Source of the DNA: Bacilli bacterium
Lineage (GTDB): Bacteria > Bacillota_I > Bacilli_A > ML615J-28 > CAG-698
Length of the DNA: 64,000 bases
Reading direction: 5' to 3'
Assembly: GCA_050953065.1 (NCBI GenBank)
Contig: JBMNLZ010000003.1
Coordinates: forward strand, 224,001-288,000
Both the position numbers and the translations under genes were made by a program. The notes under the pieces are model-generated. The model did not search any database and was not told the origin of the DNA. It saw only the letters and a list, made by a program, of their open reading frames with translations. This document shows, piece after piece, positions 10,556-19,676 of the stretch; positions within the stretch are counted from its first letter, which is position 1; every line of letters starts with the position of its first letter.

Positions 10556-10601
10556 CTCTCTTACCTACTTTCTTATTAGTTTTTTACCAATAAGCATAAT
10601 A

Positions 10602-10630
10602 ATTTTATGTTATAAACAATCCCTTGTCAA
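10602..10630 (-). promoter_or_regulatory. Sigma-A promoter for 10073..10555
   Basis: TTGACA-17-TAAAAT. Confidence 0.6.
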
Positions 10631-10655
10631 TATGTTTTTCATAAAAGTTAATTTT

Positions 10656-11150
10656 TTATACTGCAGAAAGTTTTACAGTGAATTTAATTGGTTTATTTAC
10701 AACACTTTCATATTCTAAATAATCCTTTGGTTCACTTAAAGTTACTTTCACAGTAACTTGTGCATTTAATTTATTAGCTATTTCCCTAACTTTTATAATT
10801 TCAAAATTAACTAAACTACCTAATTCTAAAGATTCACCAATCATAACGTTGATAGCCTCAACATTTAGTTCTACTTCTTTTACGGTTTTAGAGTTTAATT
10901 TTACATTATACTGTAAAATCACTTCTTTTACATCGTTATCTTTAGCAATGGCTGTTATAGGGATTAAAGTTTTATCTGGACAACTAAGAACTTCTACAAC
11001 TTCAATTGAATCGTTTTCACCTAATCTTAAATAAAGGCTTTCAGCTTTAGTTGTGCTTCTCCAAAATAATATACCTAAAGCGATATTAAAACATAAATAT
11101 ATAAGTAATAAAACTATAAACAATTTTTTACGTCTTATTATTCTACGCAT
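10656..11150 (-). CDS. Membrane-anchored or secreted paralog of the short-type subunits
   Basis: Shares LIPITA..DVKEVILQYNV and IKFTVKLSA motifs; N-terminal TM segment, but lacks the AYW/AYF-D cleavage motif. Confidence 0.65.
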   Translation of the reverse strand: MRRIIRRKKLFIVLLLIYLCFNIALGILFWRSTTKAESLYLRLGENDSIEVVEVLSCPDKTLIPITAIAKDNDVKEVILQYNVKLNSKTVKEVELNVEAINVMIGESLELGSLVNFEIIKVREIANKLNAQVTVKVTLSEPKDYLEYESVVNKPIKFTVKLSAV

Positions 11151-11230
11151 AATATTAGCCTTTATCCTCCTTCTTAAAAAACTTTTTCTTTAAATTATAA
11201 AGAAATCCAATGAACGCTTTTTAAAAATAG

Positions 11231-11330
11231 AATAAAAAAGCGCCATAAAAACTTTATGGCAGCTGGCTATCTTATACTTAAGACCCTATAGTTTTCCGTC
11301 ACTAGATCACTCTAGTTTTGGCACTTTTAC
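11231..11330 (-). ncRNA. c-di-GMP-I riboswitch with terminator, copy C
   Basis: GCCAAAACUAGA-GUGA-UCUAGUGACGGAAAACUAUAGGGUCUUA...UAAGAUAGCCAGCUGCC followed by terminator GCCAUAAA/UUUAUGGC and a U-tract. Confidence 0.9.
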
Positions 11331-11338
11331 ACACTTTT

Positions 11339-11367
11339 AGTATAACAAACTAATTTAATTTTGTCAA
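11339..11367 (-). promoter_or_regulatory. Sigma-A promoter for riboswitch C
   Basis: TTGACA-17-TATACT with extended -10 TG. Confidence 0.8.
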
Positions 11368-11442
11368 TACATATGATTAAAAAAATTTTTTAATATTTTT
11401 TTAAAAAAAACTCCTAAAATATATAATTTTAGGAGTATATTT

Positions 11443-13539
11443 TTAACGATTTGTAATGATATCCCACAAACATCTAAAGCTATCGCTTGAAATAACTGGT
11501 GCAATAATTAAAGAAATAATAGACATTAACTTAATTAAAATATCCATGGCAGGGCCTGCTGTATCTTTGAAAGGATCTCCTACTGTATCTCCAGTTACAG
11601 CTGCTTTATACGTTTCACTATCTTTTCCACCGTAATTTCCTTCTTCAATATATTTCTTAGCATTGTCCCAAGCACCACCAGCATTAGCCATGAATACAGC
11701 TAACATAATAGCACTAACAAGTCCACCAACTAAAATTCCACCAAGTCCAGCTGGACCGATTAATAAGCCACCCACAATTGGAGATGCAATTGCAATAATG
11801 CCAGGAATAATCATTTCTTTTAATGCAGCTTTTGTTGAAATATCAACACATCTTGCATAATCAGGTTTACTAGTACCTTCCATAATACCAGGATCTTCTC
11901 TAAATTGAAGACGAACTTCTTCAATCATTTGATTAGCTGCCTTACCAACTGATTTAATAGTAAGCGATGAGAATAGATAAGGTAACATAGAACCCACTAA
12001 TACACCTGAAATTACTTCAGGAGCAATTAAGTTAATTGCATCAAGTTTTGTTGCTGCTGCATATGCTACAAACAAAGCAACTGATGTTAAAGTTGCAGAC
12101 CCTATACAGAAACCTTTTCCAATAGCAGCTGTAGTGTTACCAACTGAATCAAGTTTATCTGTAATTGCTCTAACGCTTTTATCTAAATTTGCCATTTCAG
12201 CAATTCCACCAGCATTATCAGAAATTGGTCCATAACCATCAACACTAATAGTAATTCCTGCAGTTGAAAGCATACCAACAGCAGCTAAACCTATTCCATA
12301 TAAACCAAATGCAAAATACGCAATAATAATACCTAATACTAATACTGCAATAGTTAAAGCAGTTGATTGCATTCCACTACCAAATCCTGCGATTATGTTA
12401 GTAGCATGACCAGTCTGAGATTGCTTCGCAACCTCTTTTACTTGTTTATAATCACTTGATGTATACCATTCAGCAATTCTACCAACCATTACACCTGCAA
12501 ACAATCCTGCAAAAACTGCTAAAAACGCACCAAATGTTTTCAAATATAATAAACTTAATAAAAGTGAGCCCAACAATACTATTCCAGTTGCAACATAAGT
12601 TGAAATTGATAAAGTGATTTGAGGGTTTTTCCATTCACGCATTCTAATAAAAATAACACTTAACAAAGCAGCAATAACTCCAATTGCAGCTATCATTAGT
12701 GGGAATAAAATATATTTAATACTTGCTTCCATTGTTGCTGCATAAATTGAACCAAGTGCTACAGCAGAAATAATAGCTCCAACATATGATTCACATAAAT
12801 CACTACCCATTCCAGCAACATCCCCAACATTATCTCCAACATTATCAGCAATAACTGCAGGGTTTCTTGGGTCATCTTCTGGAATTCCAGCTTCAACTTT
12901 ACCAACTAAATCCGCTCCAACATCGGCAGCTTTTGTATAAATACCACCACCAACACGAGCAAATAAAGCTATTGTTGAACAACCAAGTCCATATCCACTA
13001 ATAACATGAACTGCCACTTTTAATTCAAAAATTCCATAAAACATAAGGAATAATGCTGCAAGACCTAACAATCCTAATCCTACTACTACTAATCCTACTA
13101 CTGAACCACCACTAAAAGCAACCTTTAAAGCAGAAGACATTCCACCAGTTTGTGCTGCATGAGTAGTTCTAGAGTTAGCTCTAATTGCTGCTTGCATTCC
13201 AACAAAGCCTGCAAGCCCAGAGAATAATGCTCCAACTAAGAAACAAATAGTTGATTGCCATCCAACTCCTTCAGCATTTTCAAGTCCAGGTATAAACCCA
13301 ACTCCTGTAAGCAATAACCCAATTATAATAAATATAGGGATCATAACCTTATATTCTCTTTTTAAGAAAGCCATAGCTCCCTCTTGAATATAATTACCAA
13401 TTTCTACTACTCTTTCATTTTCTACTTTAATAGCAACAACCTTCTTGTATAAATTAATTACGTATACAAGTGTAGTAAGCGTAGCTGCAATTACCAAAGC
13501 CAAAATAATAATTGTTGATGTACTCATATTTTTTATCAC
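11443..13539 (-). CDS. hppA: Membrane-bound pyrophosphatase, K+-dependent type (probably Na+-translocating)
   Basis: DVGADLVGKVE, DNVGDNVGD, GNTTAA (Ala at the K+ determinant), GDTVGDPFKD; Glu in DLCESY. Confidence 0.92.
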   Translation of the reverse strand: MIKNMSTSTIIILALVIAATLTTLVYVINLYKKVVAIKVENERVVEIGNYIQEGAMAFLKREYKVMIPIFIIIGLLLTGVGFIPGLENAEGVGWQSTICFLVGALFSGLAGFVGMQAAIRANSRTTHAAQTGGMSSALKVAFSGGSVVGLVVVGLGLLGLAALFLMFYGIFELKVAVHVISGYGLGCSTIALFARVGGGIYTKAADVGADLVGKVEAGIPEDDPRNPAVIADNVGDNVGDVAGMGSDLCESYVGAIISAVALGSIYAATMEASIKYILFPLMIAAIGVIAALLSVIFIRMREWKNPQITLSISTYVATGIVLLGSLLLSLLYLKTFGAFLAVFAGLFAGVMVGRIAEWYTSSDYKQVKEVAKQSQTGHATNIIAGFGSGMQSTALTIAVLVLGIIIAYFAFGLYGIGLAAVGMLSTAGITISVDGYGPISDNAGGIAEMANLDKSVRAITDKLDSVGNTTAAIGKGFCIGSATLTSVALFVAYAAATKLDAINLIAPEVISGVLVGSMLPYLFSSLTIKSVGKAANQMIEEVRLQFREDPGIMEGTSKPDYARCVDISTKAALKEMIIPGIIAIASPIVGGLLIGPAGLGGILVGGLVSAIMLAVFMANAGGAWDNAKKYIEEGNYGGKDSETYKAAVTGDTVGDPFKDTAGPAMDILIKLMSIISLIIAPVISSDSFRCLWDIITNR

Positions 13540-13609
13540 TCCTTAATATATTTTTTTTGCACACACTTTTAACATTATAGCATAATATTTTTAAAAGACA
13601 AATTATTTT

Positions 13610-14029
13610 TTATAAAAATGTATTATCAATTGTTTCAACTTTCTTTTCTTTTAAAATTTCTAATGCTTTTTCTAATTTATCAACCTTTACTAGAATAATT
13701 GCTTTATCAGCCTTTATTCCTAAAGTATATAAATAACTAATAAAGATATTTCCTTCTTCAAAAATTTTTAAAATCTTAGCAAGCCCACCTGGTTTATCAT
13801 CAACACGAAGTCCTAATAAATCATTATTAGATACAATAAAACCTGCTTTTTCTAAAACTTCTTGAGCTAACTCGTTATCATAAGTTAAAAGTCTTACAAC
13901 TCCGTAATCATCAGCATCAGCTACAGATATCGCAGCCATATTGATATTATTTTCAGCTAAAATCTTACACATCTCACTCAATCTTCCAGTTCTGTTTTCT
14001 AAAAAAACAGCTATTTGATTTATAATCAT
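13610..14029 (-). CDS. ACT-domain protein
   Basis: QIAVFLENRTGRL and DDKPGGLA tandem ACT motifs; usual paaK neighbour. Confidence 0.85.
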   Translation of the reverse strand: MIINQIAVFLENRTGRLSEMCKILAENNINMAAISVADADDYGVVRLLTYDNELAQEVLEKAGFIVSNNDLLGLRVDDKPGGLAKILKIFEEGNIFISYLYTLGIKADKAIILVKVDKLEKALEILKEKKVETIDNTFL

Positions 14030-14042
14030 TTATTTCCTCCTA

Positions 14043-15347
14043 CTATAACTTTCTTCTATCAGTTACTCTATTAATTTTTCCTTCACTACGAGGTAGTGAA
14101 TTAGGTGATACTAAAGTAATCTTAGCCCTTAAACCTAACATAGATTGCATATTAAATTCAATTTGTTTTCTAACTTGTTCAATCTTAGAGATTTCATCTG
14201 AAAATAAATTAGGACTCATTTCAATTTGAATTTCTAAAACATCTAAATTATTTATTCTATCAACAATAATATGATAGTGTGGTTCTACTTTACCACTAGC
14301 ATCTACAATCACAGCCTCTATTTGAGATGGGAATACATTAGCACCTCTTATAATTAACATATCATCATTTCTACCAAATACTTTTTCCATACGAACAAAA
14401 GTTCTACCACACTGACAAACTTCATAGTTTAATTTAGTGATATCTCTTGTTCTATATCTAATTAATGGAATTCCTTCTTTTGAAAGAGTTGTAAAGACCA
14501 ACTCACCAGTTTCACCTTGTTTTAATGGTTGAAGTGTATCTCCGTCAATAATTTCAGGATAAAAATAGTCTTCATTAATATGCATACCATCTTTATAAAC
14601 ACAATCACTTGATACTCCAGGGCCAGTAATTTCTGAAAGTCCGTAAATATCATAAGCATCTATTCCAAAACTTTTTTCAATACTTTCACGCATTTCTTTA
14701 GTCCAAGGTTCGGCTCCAAAAACTCCAATCTTTAAATGAGGTAATTTAAGATTATTTTTTTTAATTTCATCTGCTAAATGAATCGCATATGATGGTGTGC
14801 AACATAAAACATCTGCTTCAAAATCATTCATTAAAGTTAATTGTCTTTGAGTATTTCCACTTGAAGCTGGTACTACAGTTGCACCTATTTTTTCAATTCC
14901 ATAGTGAAGACCTAACCCGCCTGTAAAAAGCCCGTAACCAAAAGCAACATGAACAGTAGATAAGTTAGTTACTCCCATAGCAATTAGGCTTCTTGCTACC
15001 ATTTCAGTCCAAATATCAATATCTCTTTGAGTATATCCAACTACAGTTAGTTTTCCTGTTGTTCCACTTGATGCATGTATTCTAACAATATTTTTCTTAT
15101 CAGTAGCAAACATTCCAAAAGGATAATTATCTCTTAAATCCTGTTTTGTTGTTAAAGGAAGTTTAACAATATCATCAATGCTTTTGATATCTTCTGGTTT
15201 TATTCCAACTGCATCCATTTTTGCTCGATACATTGGAACTCTTTCATAAACTCTTTTTACAACTTCTTTTAAACGTTCACCTTGTAATGCTTTAAGCTCA
15301 TTTCGCGGCATGCACTCTATTTTTTTATCATAATAATTAACTTTCAT
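14043..15347 (-). CDS. paaK: Phenylacetate-CoA ligase
   Basis: HASSGTTGK, YGLFTGGLG, DIYGLSE and RYRTRD motifs. Confidence 0.92.
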   Translation of the reverse strand: MKVNYYDKKIECMPRNELKALQGERLKEVVKRVYERVPMYRAKMDAVGIKPEDIKSIDDIVKLPLTTKQDLRDNYPFGMFATDKKNIVRIHASSGTTGKLTVVGYTQRDIDIWTEMVARSLIAMGVTNLSTVHVAFGYGLFTGGLGLHYGIEKIGATVVPASSGNTQRQLTLMNDFEADVLCCTPSYAIHLADEIKKNNLKLPHLKIGVFGAEPWTKEMRESIEKSFGIDAYDIYGLSEITGPGVSSDCVYKDGMHINEDYFYPEIIDGDTLQPLKQGETGELVFTTLSKEGIPLIRYRTRDITKLNYEVCQCGRTFVRMEKVFGRNDDMLIIRGANVFPSQIEAVIVDASGKVEPHYHIIVDRINNLDVLEIQIEMSPNLFSDEISKIEQVRKQIEFNMQSMLGLRAKITLVSPNSLPRSEGKINRVTDRRKL

Positions 15348-15349
15348 AT

Positions 15350-15925
15350 TTATTCCTCTGTCTTAATAGCTTTAATTCCAGCTTCATATGCTTTTAAATT
15401 ATCTTCTAAATATTTACTAGGGATTACCTCTTTTAAAGCTTCAATAAATTTTTCTTGATTAAAGCCAAGCAAGAAACTTGCAGCCCCCAACATCACAACA
15501 TTAACAGTTTTTATATTTCCTATACCTTTCGCGATTTTATCCGCATCAATAAAATACTTTTTATAATCTGTATTTTCTAAATCTTTTAAAACATCAGGAT
15601 AATTTAGTATTCCACTTGCAACTGAAAGCGGAAAAATCTTTTGAGTATTAGCAAGCAATATTTTCCCCTTTTTTAAGAAATTAACCGCTCTTTTTGCTTC
15701 TAGTAATTCAAAGGCTAGAATCATATCAGCCTCACCATATGAAATTATAGGAGAGTATACTTTAGGAGCAATTCTAACATGTGTTACAACATTACCACCC
15801 CTTTGACTCATTCCATGAATTTCACTTAACTTACAATCTTCGCCAATTAAACTAGCATATGCTCCTAATACTTTAGAAGCAAGAATTGTTCCTTGACCAC
15901 CAACTCCAACAATTAATATATTCAT
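15350..15925 (-). CDS. iorB: Indolepyruvate:ferredoxin oxidoreductase beta subunit
   Basis: GVGGQGTI and SEIHGMSQRGG motifs. Confidence 0.9.
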   Translation of the reverse strand: MNILIVGVGGQGTILASKVLGAYASLIGEDCKLSEIHGMSQRGGNVVTHVRIAPKVYSPIISYGEADMILAFELLEAKRAVNFLKKGKILLANTQKIFPLSVASGILNYPDVLKDLENTDYKKYFIDADKIAKGIGNIKTVNVVMLGAASFLLGFNQEKFIEALKEVIPSKYLEDNLKAYEAGIKAIKTEE

Positions 15926-17634
15926 GCATTTTCACCTTTAATACAATTAAATGGACATACCTTAGCACAAACTCCGCAGTCTACACAAAGCATTTGATCA
16001 ATAAATGCTTTGCCATCTTTTTTGATAATAGCAGGACAGCCTATTTTAAAACAAGCCATACAACTCTTACAATCTTCTACTACCATTGTACCCTTTTTTT
16101 GTTTACTTAACATTACACATGGTCTTTTAGCGATTATTACAGAAACTTCCTTTTGTTTTAATTCGGTTTTAACAACTTCTTCCACTTCTTTAATATTATA
16201 AGCGTCAACTGTAAAAACTCTTTTTACACCACACCCTTTTACTAAAGCTACTAAATCAAGTTTGTTTGTTGGTTGATTTTGTAAAGTTTTTCCAGTGGCA
16301 GGATTGTCTTGATGTCCTGTCATACCTGTTGTGTCGTTATCTAGAATGATTAAAGTAATATTAGCATTATTATAAACTGCATTAATTAATCCAGTTATTC
16401 CGTTATGAATAAAAGTAGAGTCTCCTATAACACTAACTACATTTTCACTATTAGAAGTCGCTTTAACAAAGCCATGAGCCATACCTAGTGCTGCTCCCAT
16501 ACAAATCATTGTATCCATTGCAGCTAAAGGTTCAGATGCTGCTAAAGTATAGCAACCCACATCTCCAATTACTCTTAATTTTAATTTTTTTAAAACATAG
16601 AATACTCCTCTATGAGGACAACCTGCACACAAAATTGGAGGCCTCGCTGGAAGTTTTTCTTGTATTGGTGCTTCTTCTTTTAAAAAGCGTTGTTTAATAG
16701 TTGATGCTAGAATTTCTCCTTGAACAGAAAAAACATTTCTTCCATCACAGTCTATCCCTAAAGCTTTAACTTCCTTTTCAATGTAGGGTTCATTTTCTTC
16801 TATTACTAATATTTTATCAACTTGTTTGGCAAACTCTTTTATCTTTTCTGTTGGTAATGGATATACCAACCCTAATTTTAAAACAGATGCATTAGGTAAA
16901 GTCTCTTTTACATGTTGATAAATAACTCCAGCACAAATCACCCCTAGTGATTTATCATTAATTTCTACTTTATTAATTGAAAAATTATTACACGCTTCTT
17001 TTAATTTGTTTTCTCTAGCCTCTACTGCAATATGACGAAGTCTAGCAGTAGCAGGATACATTACATATTTAGAAACATTTTTAACATATTCTTTTAATGG
17101 TAATTCAACTCTTTCGCCTAATTCTACAAAACTTTGAGAATGAGATACTCTTGTAGTTGTTCTAACAATCACAGGAGTATCATATTCTTCTGATAGTTCT
17201 AAAGCAATTTTTACATAATCTTTTGCTTCTTGAGAATCAGATACCTCTAAGACAGGCACATGAGCCATAGCACCATATAATCTTGTATCTTGTTCGTTTT
17301 GAGAAGAATGCATTCCAGGATCATCTGCTACTACAATTACAAGTCCCGCATTAACTCCACTATATGAAGCACTAAATAAAGCATCGCTTGCTACGTTTAA
17401 TCCCACATGTTTCATACAAACCATACTTCTAGCACCAGCAATTGATGCACCAAGTGCTACTTCTAGAGCAACCTTTTCATTTGGAGCCCATTCTGCATAT
17501 ACATCATTATATTTCGCAAATTCTTCAGCAATTTCAGTTGAAGGCGTACCAGGGTAAGCTGATAAGACTCTAACTCCAGCCTCATACGCACCTCTTGCAA
17601 TTGCTTTATTTGCAAGCATTAATTCTTTTTTCAT
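15922..17634 (-). CDS. iorA: Indolepyruvate:ferredoxin oxidoreductase alpha subunit
   Basis: YPGTPSTE, MKHVGLNVA, CAGCPH, GDSTF..G TPP motif, C-terminal 2x[4Fe-4S] cysteines. Confidence 0.92.
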   Translation of the reverse strand: MKKELMLANKAIARGAYEAGVRVLSAYPGTPSTEIAEEFAKYNDVYAEWAPNEKVALEVALGASIAGARSMVCMKHVGLNVASDALFSASYSGVNAGLVIVVADDPGMHSSQNEQDTRLYGAMAHVPVLEVSDSQEAKDYVKIALELSEEYDTPVIVRTTTRVSHSQSFVELGERVELPLKEYVKNVSKYVMYPATARLRHIAVEARENKLKEACNNFSINKVEINDKSLGVICAGVIYQHVKETLPNASVLKLGLVYPLPTEKIKEFAKQVDKILVIEENEPYIEKEVKALGIDCDGRNVFSVQGEILASTIKQRFLKEEAPIQEKLPARPPILCAGCPHRGVFYVLKKLKLRVIGDVGCYTLAASEPLAAMDTMICMGAALGMAHGFVKATSNSENVVSVIGDSTFIHNGITGLINAVYNNANITLIILDNDTTGMTGHQDNPATGKTLQNQPTNKLDLVALVKGCGVKRVFTVDAYNIKEVEEVVKTELKQKEVSVIIAKRPCVMLSKQKKGTMVVEDCKSCMACFKIGCPAIIKKDGKAFIDQMLCVDCGVCAKVCPFNCIKGENA

Positions 17635-17643
17635 ATTTTACTC

Positions 17644-18843
17644 CTATTTGTTAACTAACTTAGTAAAGTAATCACCAATTACTTTAATTCCTTTTTCAAT
17701 TTCTTCTAAACTTGCATTAGAAAAATTAAGTCTCATTGAATTAGTAAATCTATCTCCAGCAAAGAAATCATCACCTGGTAAATAAACAACATCTATAGAT
17801 ATTAATTTTTCAAAATGTTCTCTTGTATTAATTTTTAAAGCTAAATCAAATTCACCCCAAATAAATAGTCCACCATCTGGGTCTACAAAACTAAATCCTT
17901 TTGGCATATAGTGCTTTAACGCTTCAACCATTTTATTTTTCTTTTCTTTATATATAGGGACTATTGTTTTTAGATGATTTTCTAAAATATCATCTTTTAA
18001 AAATTCTGTTACTATTGCTTGAGATAAAGTTGATGTTTGAACATCAGTTGTTTGTTTAGCAATCGCAAACTTAGCAACTAGTTCTTTACTTGCAACCAAA
18101 GCACCACACCTTAAACTAGGTGCAATTATTTTAGAAAAACTTGTAATATAAACTATTAAACCTTTAGTATCTAATCTTTTTAAACTCTGAATATAGTCTT
18201 CCTTATAACTAATCATTGAATAAGGATCATCTTCTAAAACATGTAAATCATATTTATTAATGATTTCAATAATTCTTTTTCTGTTTTCTAAAGAATAAGT
18301 TTTTCCTGATGGATTAGAAAAAGTAGGTACACAATATAAAAACTTAGGATTATATTTCTTTATCTTTTTTTCTAAATCATCTAAATCAAGTCCATCAGAG
18401 TTTGAATTAACTCCAATTGGCACCCCTTCATATATTCTCATAATTTGTAAGGCTGCTAAATAAGTTGGGTCTTCTACTAATATAACATCGCCAGGATTAA
18501 TAAATGTTTTACACATAAAATCAATTCCTTGCTGTCCACCAGAAATTATTAAGATTTCAGATAAATCTAAATTTTTTAACCCCTTATATTTATCAAGAAA
18601 AATCTGAAGTTCTTTTTTAAAAGGCACATACCCTTCACTTGGACCATATTGTAAAATGTCTTCTGCATTAGCAGTTGATAAAACTTTATCAGCTAAAGTT
18701 TTAATTGTATTAACTGGTAATGTAGATTTAGTTGGAAATCCTCCAGCAAAAGAAATAATTTCAGGTCTTGTCAACATACTAAAAATCTTTCTTACTGAAT
18801 TTCCTTGAGCATCTCTCATCCGATTACTTAATTTTTCTCTCAT
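17644..18843 (-). CDS. PLP-dependent aminotransferase class I/II (probable aromatic amino-acid transaminase)
   Basis: ISFAGGFP, LQYG, EDDPY and SFSKIIAPSLR motifs; leads the ior operon. Confidence 0.85.
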   Translation of the reverse strand: MREKLSNRMRDAQGNSVRKIFSMLTRPEIISFAGGFPTKSTLPVNTIKTLADKVLSTANAEDILQYGPSEGYVPFKKELQIFLDKYKGLKNLDLSEILIISGGQQGIDFMCKTFINPGDVILVEDPTYLAALQIMRIYEGVPIGVNSNSDGLDLDDLEKKIKKYNPKFLYCVPTFSNPSGKTYSLENRKRIIEIINKYDLHVLEDDPYSMISYKEDYIQSLKRLDTKGLIVYITSFSKIIAPSLRCGALVASKELVAKFAIAKQTTDVQTSTLSQAIVTEFLKDDILENHLKTIVPIYKEKKNKMVEALKHYMPKGFSFVDPDGGLFIWGEFDLALKINTREHFEKLISIDVVYLPGDDFFAGDRFTNSMRLNFSNASLEEIEKGIKVIGDYFTKLVNK

Positions 18844-18846
18844 AAT

Positions 18847-19413
18847 TTACTCCTTATAAAATTTCTCTTCATAATCTATTGTTAGGTTAAATAAAGCTTT
18901 TTTAATTAATGGACTAACTAACCCCGCTAAAATAATCTTTATTATATCAAACCAAATAAATGGGACTACACATAATATCAATGCTTCTTTTAGACTAACC
19001 ATCATCACAAAAGAAAACCAAAGACTTCCTAATAAATAACAAACTACTAGTGCTATAAACATTCCAACAAAGTTAAACAAATATCTAAATTTTTTAATTT
19101 GAGAAAAAAGCCCTATGATTAAAACCATTAAAGGATAAGCAAAAATGTATCCACCAGTTGGTCCTGCCAAAACTGAAACCCCGCCCCTAAACATCGCAAA
19201 GACTGGAAGACCAAGTGCGCCCAAAATAATATATAAACTAACCGAAACTAACGATATCTTTAATGGTAAAACAATTGAAACTATAAAGATCACTAGAAGT
19301 GATAATGTAAAAGGAATTGGTGGAGTTGGAATACTAATCTGAGCAAAAATACACATAAGCGCTGTATAAATTGAAACTTGTGCTATAAAATTTATCTGAC
19401 TTTTTTTCCTCAT
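18847..19413 (-). CDS. bioY: Biotin transporter BioY
   Basis: IPFTL and LGALGLPVFA..GG..VLAGPTGGY motifs; start taken at MRKKSQ. Confidence 0.88.
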   Translation of the reverse strand: MRKKSQINFIAQVSIYTALMCIFAQISIPTPPIPFTLSLLVIFIVSIVLPLKISLVSVSLYIILGALGLPVFAMFRGGVSVLAGPTGGYIFAYPLMVLIIGLFSQIKKFRYLFNFVGMFIALVVCYLLGSLWFSFVMMVSLKEALILCVVPFIWFDIIKIILAGLVSPLIKKALFNLTIDYEEKFYKE

Positions 19414-19486
19414 ATTTTCACCAATTAGAGTTATTATATCACAAAGCATATAGATTTACAAAAATTAAATTTAAAAAATGATGAAG

Positions 19487-19675
19487 TTATTCTTCATCAC
19501 TTTTAATTTTTTCTTTTAACTTTTTAAAATATTCTTTATCTTTTGCAATACATCTATTTTTTTTACTACAACTTGCACATGCACCTTCTTTAATAAAACT
19601 TCTAATACTAAAAAATAAAACTAAAGCTACTATTAAAACTACTACTATAAGTATTATGATATCAATTAAACTCAC
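19487..19675 (-). CDS. FeoB-associated Cys-rich small membrane protein
   Basis: Single TM segment followed by CASC....C, directly after feoB. Confidence 0.8.
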   Translation of the reverse strand: MSLIDIIILIVVVLIVALVLFFSIRSFIKEGACASCSKKNRCIAKDKEYFKKLKEKIKSDEE

Positions 19676-19676
19676 T

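Noticed and set aside
9039-11330. 3',3'-cGAMP (GEMM-Ib) riboswitch variant
   Set aside because: The G20-equivalent position is G, not A, in all three copies
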